Shown: piece by piece, positions 1 to 8,540 of the stretch
How the letters are laid out: each line of letters opens with the position of its first letter
Position numbering within the stretch: position 1 is the stretch's first letter
Assembly: GCF_000020225.1 (NCBI RefSeq)
Contig: NC_010655.1
Coordinates: 2,580,001-2,612,000, forward strand
From: Akkermansia muciniphila ATCC BAA-835
Lineage (GTDB): Bacteria; Verrucomicrobiota; Verrucomicrobiia; Verrucomicrobiales; Akkermansiaceae
DNA: 32,000 nt
Direction of reading: 5' to 3'
Notes under the pieces: model-generated
The model's input: the letters and a program-made list of their open reading frames with translations, nothing else
Databases searched by the model: none
Told to the model about the DNA's origin: nothing
Position numbers and translations under genes: made by a program

Positions 1-475
1 ACATGAGGCTAACATTCAAATGAAAAGACTCATCCAATAGATCCTCTAAATCATTTAAATCTAATGATTTTATACTACATCGAGCCTTTTTCACTTTTTC
101 CATATACAAACTTAAATCTTCTAAATATTTCTGCTTTTGATCACCAGAAACATAAACATTACCTATTATTTCTTTTATTAATTCTTCACAGACCACAACC
201 ACATCATACAATTCCTCCTTTTTCACAGAAAATTCACGGGCTGCAGCAGAAATAATAGCGTTAACTATTTGATAATCCGGCAATCCTTTATCTACCACAT
301 ATGCTTTTAAAAAATCAATAACTTGTTTATTAGCACTATGTACTGAATTGATATAATTCCTCTTATCCTTCCTTTGCAAAAGCCATCTTGTTACATAAAA
401 TACTATAAATCCGCTAATAATCCCTCCCCCTATCCCAGAGGTCCAAGGGTTTTCTAAAAAAGATTGCACATCCAT
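1..475 (-). CDS. Hypothetical membrane protein, partial (C-terminus beyond left edge), encoded in AT-rich DNA
   Basis: Hand translation of the minus strand from ATG (complement of 473-475) gives 158 codons with no stop to position 2. The sequence reads MDVQSFLENPWTSGIGGGIISGFIVFYVTRWLLQRKDKRNY...SFHLNVSLM. It has one N-terminal hydrophobic helix and I recognise no family. It is absent from the ORF track because it runs off the window. Confidence 0.6.
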   Translation of the reverse strand, partial: MDVQSFLENPWTSGIGGGIISGFIVFYVTRWLLQRKDKRNYINSVHSANKQVIDFLKAYVVDKGLPDYQIVNAIISAAAREFSVKKEELYDVVVVCEELIKEIIGNVYVSGDQKQKYLEDLSLYMEKVKKARCSIKSLDLNDLEDLLDESFHLNVSLM

Positions 476-561
476 ATCTTTCAAGGAAAGGTCAGATAAT
501 AAAAAATGTCAACAAGTATTTTCCAAATACCAAATTTTTGTATAAAAATATATAGGATACA

Positions 562-1419
562 TTACTTTCCCCACCGTTCCGTGATGCCGCCGTAGGAGTC
601 AATGCGGCGGTCACGGAAAAAGGGCCAGATGCGGCGGTGGTCTTCCAATGCGTCCAGGTCAAGGTCCGCGTACAGGATGGCTTCATCGCTGACGGGAGCC
701 TTCGCCACAATCTGGCCATAGTAGTCCGCCACAAAGGACTGCCCCCAGAATTCGCTTTCCCCTTCCGTCCCCACCCGGTTGACGGCGCAGACATAGCAGC
801 CGTTGGCCACGGCATGGCCGCGCTGCACGGTTTCCCACGCGCAGTGCTGCTGTTCCCCCAGCAGGGGCTTTTCCTCCGGCAGCCAGCCGATGGCCGTGGG
901 GTAAAAAATGATTTCCGCCCCCTGCATGGCCGTCAGGCGCGCGGCTTCCGGGTACCACTGGTCCCAGCAGATGAGCACGCCGATGCGGCCGAATTTGGTG
1001 TCGAACGCCTTATAGCCCAGGTCGCCGGGGGTGAAGTAGAATTTTTCTTCAAACCCGGGATCCTGCGGAATATGCATCTTGCGGTACATGCCCAGGAACG
1101 AACCGTCCGCATCCACCACCCAGGCGGTATTGTGGTAAAGCCCGGTGGCGCGCTTTTCAAAGCCGGAGGCAACAATCACCACGCCCAGTTCCGCCGCCAG
1201 TTTCCTGTGGGCTTCCGTCAATTCCCCGGGAACAGGTTCCGCCAAGTCGAATAAATCGCATTCCTCCGTCCTGCAAAAGTATTCCGTGGTAAAAAGTTCC
1301 TGGGTGCAGACAATCTGCGCGCCGTTGGCGGCGGCTTCACGGATGGCGGATTCCGTCTTTTCCTTGTTCACGGAAGGCCGGGCATCTGCGGACAGTTGAA
1401 TGAGTGCAATTTTCGGCAT
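562..1419 (-). CDS. aguB: N-carbamoylputrescine amidase (carbon-nitrogen hydrolase family)
   Basis: 285 aa. Carries the CN-hydrolase Glu-Lys-Cys signature context (VCTQELF, YRKMHIP, GVLICWDQWYPE) and shows full-length resemblance to N-carbamoylputrescine amidases. Confidence 0.85.
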   Translation of the reverse strand: MPKIALIQLSADARPSVNKEKTESAIREAAANGAQIVCTQELFTTEYFCRTEECDLFDLAEPVPGELTEAHRKLAAELGVVIVASGFEKRATGLYHNTAWVVDADGSFLGMYRKMHIPQDPGFEEKFYFTPGDLGYKAFDTKFGRIGVLICWDQWYPEAARLTAMQGAEIIFYPTAIGWLPEEKPLLGEQQHCAWETVQRGHAVANGCYVCAVNRVGTEGESEFWGQSFVADYYGQIVAKAPVSDEAILYADLDLDALEDHRRIWPFFRDRRIDSYGGITERWGK

Positions 1420-1522
1420 GCCCCTTCCTTACCCCGTTTCCCTTCCCATTCCAAGCAGGGAAAATGAACGCGGCGCGATTATTTGGTGGAAAACGGCCCG
1501 GAAAGTGCTATGAAATTGCAAT

Positions 1523-2527
1523 ATGGAACCCGTCACCCCCACTCTGCCCGACGACGACGTAGCCGCCATTGACCGGCTCGGCGCCATTTACAAGGAGCTT
1601 TCCTCGGAATTGAGCAAAATGATCATTGGCCAGCAACGCGTCGTGGAGCTGCTGAGCATCGCCCTGTTTTCCCGCGGGCATGCCCTCCTGATGGGAGTTC
1701 CGGGCCTGGCGAAGACGCTGCTGGTCAGTTCCGTGGCAAAAACGCTGGACCTTAGTTTCAACCGCATCCAGTTCACGCCGGACCTGATGCCCGCGGACAT
1801 TACCGGCACGGACATCATCCAGGATGATTCCGCCGGCGGCAAGCGCCAGTTCGAGTTCATCAGGGGGCCCGTGTTCGCCAACATCGTGCTGGCGGACGAA
1901 ATCAACCGCGCCCCCGCCAAAACCCAGTCCGCCCTGCTGGAGGCCATGCAGGAGCGCCGCGTCACCGTCATGGGCCGCACCTTCACCCTGCTCCCCCCCT
2001 TTTTCGTGCTTGCCACCCAAAACCCCATTGAACAGGAAGGCACCTACCCCCTGCCGGAAGCCCAGCTGGACCGCTTCATGTTCCTGATTGAAGTGGACTA
2101 CCCCACGGAGGAGGAGGAAATGCGCATCGCCCGGGAAACCACCGGAACCCGGAGCGAGGAACTCAAGCACATCCTCTCCGGGGAGGAAATCATCTTTTAC
2201 CAGGATCTGGTGCGCCGCGTTCCCGTTCCGGAACATATTTACGAGTATGCCGTGAAACTGGTGCGCGCCACCCGCCCCACCCTGGAAACTTCCCCGGAAT
2301 GGGTAAAGCAGTATGTAGCCTGGGGCGCAGGCCCCCGCGCCGTCCAGTTCCTGATTCTTGGGGCCAAGACCCGCGCCGCTCTCCAGGGCAGCTACATCGT
2401 CCGCAGGGAAGACATAGACGCCATTGTGGAACCTGTGCTGATGCACCGCGTGGTCACCAACTTCGCCGCGGAATCCCAGGGCATCACGCCCCGTAAGGCC
2501 GTGGCGCGCCTGGCGGCGGAAATCTGA
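1523..2527 (+). CDS. MoxR-family AAA+ ATPase
   Basis: 334 aa. Walker A GVPGLAKT, Walker B VLADEINRA, and the typical MoxR length and C-terminal lid. Confidence 0.9.
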   Translation: MEPVTPTLPDDDVAAIDRLGAIYKELSSELSKMIIGQQRVVELLSIALFSRGHALLMGVPGLAKTLLVSSVAKTLDLSFNRIQFTPDLMPADITGTDIIQDDSAGGKRQFEFIRGPVFANIVLADEINRAPAKTQSALLEAMQERRVTVMGRTFTLLPPFFVLATQNPIEQEGTYPLPEAQLDRFMFLIEVDYPTEEEEMRIARETTGTRSEELKHILSGEEIIFYQDLVRRVPVPEHIYEYAVKLVRATRPTLETSPEWVKQYVAWGAGPRAVQFLILGAKTRAALQGSYIVRREDIDAIVEPVLMHRVVTNFAAESQGITPRKAVARLAAEI

Positions 2528-2565
2528 CCGCCGTCCCGGCATCATCAATCCCCTTTCCCTACCCC

Positions 2566-3468
2566 ATGAAATACCTGAATCACAACCTGCTCAGCCGCCT
2601 GGGGAACCTTCCCCTGGAAGCGCGCCACAGCATGACGGGGAACGTATCCGGCCGCCATAGAAGCGCCAGCCGCGGCTCCTCCGTGGAATTTGCGGAATAC
2701 CGCAAATACGTGGCCGGAGACGATACACGCCGTCTGGACTGGAAAGCGTATGCACGGTCGGACAGGTATTACATCAAGGAGTTTGAAGCGGATACCAACC
2801 TGCGCGCCTACATCGTCATGGATCTTTCCGGCTCCATGAATTATCATCCGGAGCAGGTGGAGACCAAGTATATGCGCGCGTGCAGGCTGGCGGCCAACCT
2901 GGCTTACATTGCCATCCGGCAGGGAGACGCGGTGGGACTGAGTTTTGCCCGGCAGACGAAGGACGGCGCCGCGCTGCACATCCCCGCCTCCCGCCGCCCC
3001 GCCCACCTGAACGTGCTCATCAGCCAGATGGACACGCATTCTCCGCAGGGGGAGACCGTCCTTCCCGATACCCTGCATGAACTGGCGGAACGCGTCGGCC
3101 GCCGCGCCCTGGTGTTGATTTTCTCAGACCTGTTCACAGATACGGCGGAGCTTAAAAACGCCCTCCGCCACCTCCATTTCCGCAAGCATGACATAGCCGT
3201 ATTCCATCTGGTGGACCAGTTGGAAATAGATTTTGACTTTGACCGCCCCATCCGCTTCGTGGACATGGAAGGCGGCGGCTCCCTGATTACGGAGCCGGAC
3301 CTTATCGCGGACGAGTACCGGGCTATCGTGGCCAGCTATCTGGAAGAAACGCGCCGGATCTGCACGGATATCAATGCGGACTACCGCCTGGTCAGAACCG
3401 GAGATTCCCTGGAAGACGTGCTGACCGGCTTCCTGATGGGACGTCAGAAAAAGAAGGCGGCCGGATAA
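2566..3468 (+). CDS. DUF58 protein (vWA-like, usual MoxR partner)
   Basis: 300 aa. DUF58 signature YVAGDDTRRLDWKAYARSDRYYIKEF and a MIDAS-like MDLSGSM. Lies directly downstream of the MoxR gene. Confidence 0.85.
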   Translation: MKYLNHNLLSRLGNLPLEARHSMTGNVSGRHRSASRGSSVEFAEYRKYVAGDDTRRLDWKAYARSDRYYIKEFEADTNLRAYIVMDLSGSMNYHPEQVETKYMRACRLAANLAYIAIRQGDAVGLSFARQTKDGAALHIPASRRPAHLNVLISQMDTHSPQGETVLPDTLHELAERVGRRALVLIFSDLFTDTAELKNALRHLHFRKHDIAVFHLVDQLEIDFDFDRPIRFVDMEGGGSLITEPDLIADEYRAIVASYLEETRRICTDINADYRLVRTGDSLEDVLTGFLMGRQKKKAAG

Positions 3469-3603
3469 ATGCCCGGCTGTCTCACGGAACGGTTGATTGC
3501 TCCGCGGAACGGATGCAGGATGCACCCAGACGCTCCCCGGATTGCAGGAAGCGTCTGTTTTTCATCTCTTTCCCTTTTTTCCATTGTGGATGCACCCGTT
3601 AAA

Positions 3604-4158
3604 ATGATCGTGGGCCTGGGCAACCCGGGCAGAACCTATGAAGACACCCGCCATAACGCGGGGTTCATGGTGCTTGACCGCCTGGCCGCCCGGTGGGGGG
3701 CCGTATTCAAGGCGGACAGGCAGCGCAAGTGCGAGGTGGCCGCCGGCCCCGGCGTCCTGCTGGTGAAACCCTCCACGTTCATGAATGAATCCGGTCTGTG
3801 CGTGGGCCCCATGATGCGGTTTTTCAAACTGGATCCCCGCAGCGTGTTCGTCATTCATGATGAAGTGGATTTCCCCCTGGGCGTGATCAAGCTGCGGGAA
3901 AAAGGCTCCGCAGGCGGCCACAACGGCATTAAATCCCTCATCGCCCACATGGGCACCCAGGAATTCCCGCGCCTCCGTTTCGGCATCGGCCAGCCCCGTG
4001 GCAAAGGGGAAATGATAGGGCACGTGCTGGGCAAATTCCGCCCGGAGGAACGCGAGCTTCTGGACGTGACGCTTGGCAAGGCGGAGGACGCCGTGCTGTA
4101 CACCATGGAACACGGCATTACCAGGGCAGGCAATATTTTCAACGCTGTTCCAGGCTGA
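3604..4158 (+). CDS. pth: Peptidyl-tRNA hydrolase
   Basis: MIVGLGNPGRTYEDTRHNAGF is the canonical Pth N-terminus. The track ORF starts at 3469, but the 45 upstream codons are not Pth-like, so I use the ATG at 3604. Confidence 0.9.
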   Translation: MIVGLGNPGRTYEDTRHNAGFMVLDRLAARWGAVFKADRQRKCEVAAGPGVLLVKPSTFMNESGLCVGPMMRFFKLDPRSVFVIHDEVDFPLGVIKLREKGSAGGHNGIKSLIAHMGTQEFPRLRFGIGQPRGKGEMIGHVLGKFRPEERELLDVTLGKAEDAVLYTMEHGITRAGNIFNAVPG

Positions 4159-4421
4159 CAGCCGCATGAAAGGCCGCCCCATTTGCGCCATGACGTATCC
4201 CTGGACGGGCCGGAGAGCGTTTTTTCCTGAAGCCGGAGCAGCCCGGGCCGCAGGATGATACGGCTGCCTCAGGCGCCTGGCGGCGTCCAGGAATACTCAG
4301 GGGGCGCGCATGCCTTCTTTTTTCGCCCGTCCGCCATGTACGGTATTGCTAAACAAACGGGAATCCGTTAGGATTTTTGCACGTTTTCCCCACTCCTCAG
4401 GACCAATCCTGCTTCATCTTC

Positions 4422-6947
4422 ATGGCTGAATTAAGTTCACAAGCTCCCCGCAGGCACATGCAGGCCAACAAAAGGCGGCATCCCAAGGCAAAGCCCAGGA
4501 AACGATTCTGGAGCTTTATCCGAAAGCTTGTCCTGTGGTGCCTGGTGATGGCGGCTATCGGCGCGGCCGTGGGATACTTCGGATTCATGATGGCCTGGAA
4601 ACGTTATAACAACTGGGCGGCGGAATTTGATCTGGAACGCATCAATGACCTGGAAAAACCCAGCATTATTTATGACCGGAACGGGGAGGAAATAGGCCGT
4701 ATTTATGTGGAGAACCGCAGCTACGTCACGCTGGACAAAATCTCCCCCGCCATGATTAACGCGCTGATTGCCCAGGAAGATTCCCGCTTCCGGGAACATC
4801 CGGGCTATGACTTCCTGGGGATTCTGCGGGCAGGCCGGGAGTATATCCACAACAGCGGGGACGCCAACCAGGGCGCCTCCTCCATCACCCAGCAGCTTGC
4901 CAGAAATGCGTATGACCTGAAAAACCGTGCCAAAGCCAGGAATGAGGGCAGCTTTGGCCGCAAATTCGTGGAAATAGCGCTGGCGCGCCGCATTACGGAA
5001 CGGTACAGCAAGGACCAGGTTCTGGAATTTTACCTGAACCGCGTTTACTTCGGCAGCGGGTTTTACGGCATCCGGGCCGCTTCCCTGGGCTACTTCGGCA
5101 AAGAGCCGGCGGACCTGACCACCCGGGAGGCCGCCTCCATCGCCGCCCTGATCAAAAACCCGAACGGACTTTCCCCTCTGAATAATCCGGCTAGCAATCT
5201 GAAATGGCGCAACCACGTTCTCAACCGCATGGCCAAGGAGAAATACATTACGCCGGATGAAGCGGAACGCCTCTCCGCCATGGAGCTGGGGCTGAATCCC
5301 AAGCCGCTGAAACGCGGCGTCTCCCACATTTACGACCGCATTTCCTCAGAAATCACCGCATACCTGGGAGAGGAGCGCGTCAATGCCGCCGGGCTTAAAA
5401 TTTACACCACCATTGACAGGCAGCTCCAGGAAGTTACCGGAAAAGCCCTGGAACAGGCTCTGGAAAACATTGAAAAACAACCCGGTTACCGTCATCAGAA
5501 GGCCGCAGACTACCACAGCGGTTCCGCGAACAAGCCGCGCTATCTGGAAGGAGCGCTGCTGGTGGTGGACAACAAATCAGGCGCCGTCCTGGCCTACCAC
5601 GGAGGCAGGGATTACACCAAGCGCCAGTATGACGCCATCAGGGACGGAGCCCGCCCCACCGGCACCGCCATCCTCCCTTTCCTGTACGCCACAGCCTTTG
5701 ACACGGGAAAAAGCCCCGTCACCCGCATTCTGGACGATGCCATCGACAACCGCCTGACGGGCATCGGTGGTTCGGAAGGAATCCTGGGGGAATGGGGGGC
5801 GGAAAACTCCAAAAACCGTTATGAAGGCATGATTACCGCCCATCGCGGCCTGTCTGCCTCCAAAATCGCCGCCTCCCTGCGCATGGGGATGGAGATGGGC
5901 ACGGCCCCGTTCGTCAAGAAGCTGACGGATTTCGGCATCCGCAAGCCCGTGAGGGAAGCGGGCAGCACGGAAGTAAACCCCGTTTACCGCCCCAAAATTT
6001 TCGTGGGCACGGAACCTGCCTCCCTGAAGGAAATGACGCTGGCCTACACCGCCATCCCGAACGGGGGTTCCCGCCCTCAGGATATTTACTATCTGGACAG
6101 GATAGAAGATGAAGACGGGCAGCTGATCTGGGAATCCACCCAGGCGATTGAAACCCGGAACAATGCCCAGGTACGGAAGGGGGCCACATCCACAGCGACG
6201 GCCTTCCAGCTTCACAATATCCTGAATTCCTCCCTGAAAAACGGTTCAGCCCAGCGCATTGCCCCGCATCTGCCGAAAAACTTCAAGGGCGGCGTGAAAA
6301 CAGGCACCACGTACGACTTCGCGGACAACTGGCTGTTTGGCTATGACAGCCGCATTACCTGCGGCATCTGGGTAGGTTTCCTGGAAGGCAAAAAGCCCAT
6401 TTATCACGGAGCCTTCTCGTCAGACACCTGCGCTTCCGTGCTGGGCGCCGCCATCACGGAAGCGGAACGGCAGTTCCCTGCCGGAGAACTGGCCCCTCCC
6501 CCCAGCGTAGAGCGGGTGGAAATCTGCCTGACCACCGGGAAGAGGGCCACGCACAGCTGTTATGACATTGACCCGTCGGATAAAAAATACCGCCGCCACA
6601 CCATATTCGAATACCTCCGCAAGGGGGATTCCAGCCTGCCCTTCTGCGACCTCCACGGGGAGGACATTTCTGCTCCCGTCTCCACCTTCACTGCCCAGAA
6701 CCGCATTCTTCCCCTGCCGCCCATCCTGCCCACCAGGCCCATCCTCCAGGGAGACGATCCCTACCATACGGAGCTGAACCAGGTCCCGGCCAACCGCAAC
6801 TTTGAACTGCTGGGCGCAGGAGAAAACGTGCCGGAAGCGCAAGCCCTTTCCGCAGATCCCGTTTCTTCAGACCATACGGATACAAGCATTACGTTGCCGG
6901 CACCCAGGCCCATCACCATTCCCGTGCCGGAATTCATCCACCTGTAA
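4422..6947 (+). CDS. Class A penicillin-binding protein (GT51 glycosyltransferase plus transpeptidase-like domain)
   Basis: GT51 motifs are present: EDSRFREHPGYD, GASSITQQLARN, RKFVEIALA, KDQVLEFYLNRVYFG. There is an N-terminal TM anchor and a KTGTT motif near the C-terminal part. The ATG at 4422 is preferred over the TTG at 4377. See the finding on the degenerate SxxK motif. Confidence 0.85.
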   Translation: MAELSSQAPRRHMQANKRRHPKAKPRKRFWSFIRKLVLWCLVMAAIGAAVGYFGFMMAWKRYNNWAAEFDLERINDLEKPSIIYDRNGEEIGRIYVENRSYVTLDKISPAMINALIAQEDSRFREHPGYDFLGILRAGREYIHNSGDANQGASSITQQLARNAYDLKNRAKARNEGSFGRKFVEIALARRITERYSKDQVLEFYLNRVYFGSGFYGIRAASLGYFGKEPADLTTREAASIAALIKNPNGLSPLNNPASNLKWRNHVLNRMAKEKYITPDEAERLSAMELGLNPKPLKRGVSHIYDRISSEITAYLGEERVNAAGLKIYTTIDRQLQEVTGKALEQALENIEKQPGYRHQKAADYHSGSANKPRYLEGALLVVDNKSGAVLAYHGGRDYTKRQYDAIRDGARPTGTAILPFLYATAFDTGKSPVTRILDDAIDNRLTGIGGSEGILGEWGAENSKNRYEGMITAHRGLSASKIAASLRMGMEMGTAPFVKKLTDFGIRKPVREAGSTEVNPVYRPKIFVGTEPASLKEMTLAYTAIPNGGSRPQDIYYLDRIEDEDGQLIWESTQAIETRNNAQVRKGATSTATAFQLHNILNSSLKNGSAQRIAPHLPKNFKGGVKTGTTYDFADNWLFGYDSRITCGIWVGFLEGKKPIYHGAFSSDTCASVLGAAITEAERQFPAGELAPPPSVERVEICLTTGKRATHSCYDIDPSDKKYRRHTIFEYLRKGDSSLPFCDLHGEDISAPVSTFTAQNRILPLPPILPTRPILQGDDPYHTELNQVPANRNFELLGAGENVPEAQALSADPVSSDHTDTSITLPAPRPITIPVPEFIHL

Positions 6948-6959
6948 CTTCTTCACCTC

Positions 6960-8510
6960 ATGCCTTCCCCATCCCAGGACACGGTAGCCTGCACTTGCCC
7001 GTCATGCGGCAACCTCTTTGCCGTGAAGGCGTCTTTTCTGGGACGCCAGGTAAAATGCCCCATCTGCACCGCTTCAGTCACAGCCAGGCAGGAAGCAAAG
7101 CCCAGGCCGGAAACGGAAAAACAGGACGCCGCCCCCTGCCTCTGCCATGTTTGCGGCAATCCCTTTGCCGTCAGGGCCGCCTGCGTAGGCAGCCGTGTGG
7201 AATGCCCCGTCTGCCACTCCACCGTCACGGCCGTCAAACGGGAAGAAGCACTTTCAACATTCCCGGGCCGGACGCCTGAAGTTGCAAAGAAAGCGCCCGG
7301 AAATCCGAAACAACCGGCTATTCCGTCATCTGCCGCCGGTGTTCCGCACACTTCCGCGTACTCCGCTCCGCATACACCGCTCGCACCAAAGAAAAAGACG
7401 GACAGACGGACCATTTCCGTTCACGGGCCTACCACTCCGGGCCCCAATAAATCCACGACAAAAATCCGTAAAAGGAAAGAGGGAAACGCCGCTCCGGCCA
7501 TTGCCGCGCCACGCTGCGCCGCCCTGGCCCCGGAAGAACCGGAATACCGCACTGCCGCCGCGGACCCCATGCGCAGCGAACGCCGGCCCACTTGGCATAT
7601 ATGGCTTTTTGTCGCGGGACTGGTTCTTTCCCTTCTGGGCGTGTTCATGTTCCTGCGCGGGAGGGATATGGAAGCGGAAAACTCCAAACTTCTGAATATC
7701 TCAGACCGGTTCGTGGATCATGAAGCGCTCTTTTCACAGGAAGTGAATAAAGACCTGCTGGAGCAATTGCAGCAGAGGGAGCGGCAATACCGGCTCATAG
7801 CCCACAGCCGCAGGGAGGAAGACCGGAAGGCGGAATCCATTTCCCCCCATATCACGGCGGCCATGAATGAACTGGCCCTTTACTGCATGGCGGAATCGGA
7901 TGAAGAGAGGCTCAACTACGTGATGAATCCCGCAGCCGTAGCTCCCAAAATGGCCTCTTGGGCCTCCTACGGCCAATACAAGGACTACCTGCCCCAGGAA
8001 GCGGGCAGAAGCTCCAAAAACGGGGACCTGCTCCAAATCACCGTGCTGATGGACGACAACACTATCCGCCCGGCGGTTTTCCTGTATGACCGGAATTCAG
8101 GAAAATGGAAGCTGGACTGGGAAGCCTGGGAGGGCTATTCCCCCATGCTTCCGGCGGAGCTGGAAGCCAAAAAGCCCTCCACCCCCGTTCCCGTCAGAAT
8201 CATCCTAAGCATGTCCGGCATTTATCAGCCCCCTTTCCTGGAGGAATCCTCCGCGGAAAGCTACCGCAACACGTCATATCTCAACTTCACCCTTGAGTTC
8301 CCCAACGGGGAACGCCTGAATGCGTACGTGGACAGGTATTCCCCGCTGGCCCTGGAACTGACCAGGCTGCTTTACAACGGCCCCGTGCGCACCTGCGTGC
8401 TCATCCGCTATCCGGAAGACCTGCCCGGCAACCGGGCCGTTATTATTGACCAGCTTCTGCACTCCGGCTGGATGAGCGACGCCACCCGCAGGCTTCTTCC
8501 CCCCCAATAA
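6960..8510 (+). CDS. Membrane protein with two N-terminal MJ0042-type zinc-ribbon repeats
   Basis: Tandem repeats CPSCGNLFAVKASFLGRQVKCPICTASVTA and CHVCGNPFAVRAACVGSRVECPVCHSTVTA. These are followed by a Pro/Lys-rich linker, one TM helix (WHIWLFVAGLVLSLLGVFMFL) and a ~270-aa C-terminal domain of unknown family. Confidence 0.7.
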   Translation: MPSPSQDTVACTCPSCGNLFAVKASFLGRQVKCPICTASVTARQEAKPRPETEKQDAAPCLCHVCGNPFAVRAACVGSRVECPVCHSTVTAVKREEALSTFPGRTPEVAKKAPGNPKQPAIPSSAAGVPHTSAYSAPHTPLAPKKKTDRRTISVHGPTTPGPNKSTTKIRKRKEGNAAPAIAAPRCAALAPEEPEYRTAAADPMRSERRPTWHIWLFVAGLVLSLLGVFMFLRGRDMEAENSKLLNISDRFVDHEALFSQEVNKDLLEQLQQRERQYRLIAHSRREEDRKAESISPHITAAMNELALYCMAESDEERLNYVMNPAAVAPKMASWASYGQYKDYLPQEAGRSSKNGDLLQITVLMDDNTIRPAVFLYDRNSGKWKLDWEAWEGYSPMLPAELEAKKPSTPVPVRIILSMSGIYQPPFLEESSAESYRNTSYLNFTLEFPNGERLNAYVDRYSPLALELTRLLYNGPVRTCVLIRYPEDLPGNRAVIIDQLLHSGWMSDATRRLLPPQ

Positions 8511-8540
8511 TTGAAAATCAAGAATCGGTTCCCGCTTTCC

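Noticed and set aside
64-255. 63-aa plus-strand ORF in the AT-rich left edge
   Set aside because: It lies antisense to the longer uninterrupted minus-strand ORF (1..475). Its product is repetitive (L/H/P/Q) and unlikely to be real.
490-530. TTGACA hexamer on the minus strand upstream of the AT-rich ORF as a sigma-70 promoter
   Set aside because: No acceptable -10 hexamer lies at 16-18 nt spacing, and promoter consensus in this lineage is uncertain.
1508-2548. 346-aa minus-strand ORF opposite the MoxR gene
   Set aside because: Shadow ORF. The plus strand carries Walker A and B motifs.
3469-3603. N-terminal 45-codon extension of pth given in the track
   Set aside because: The canonical Pth N-terminus (MIVGLGNPG) begins at 3604. 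The upstream codons would abut the DUF58 stop and are not Pth-like.
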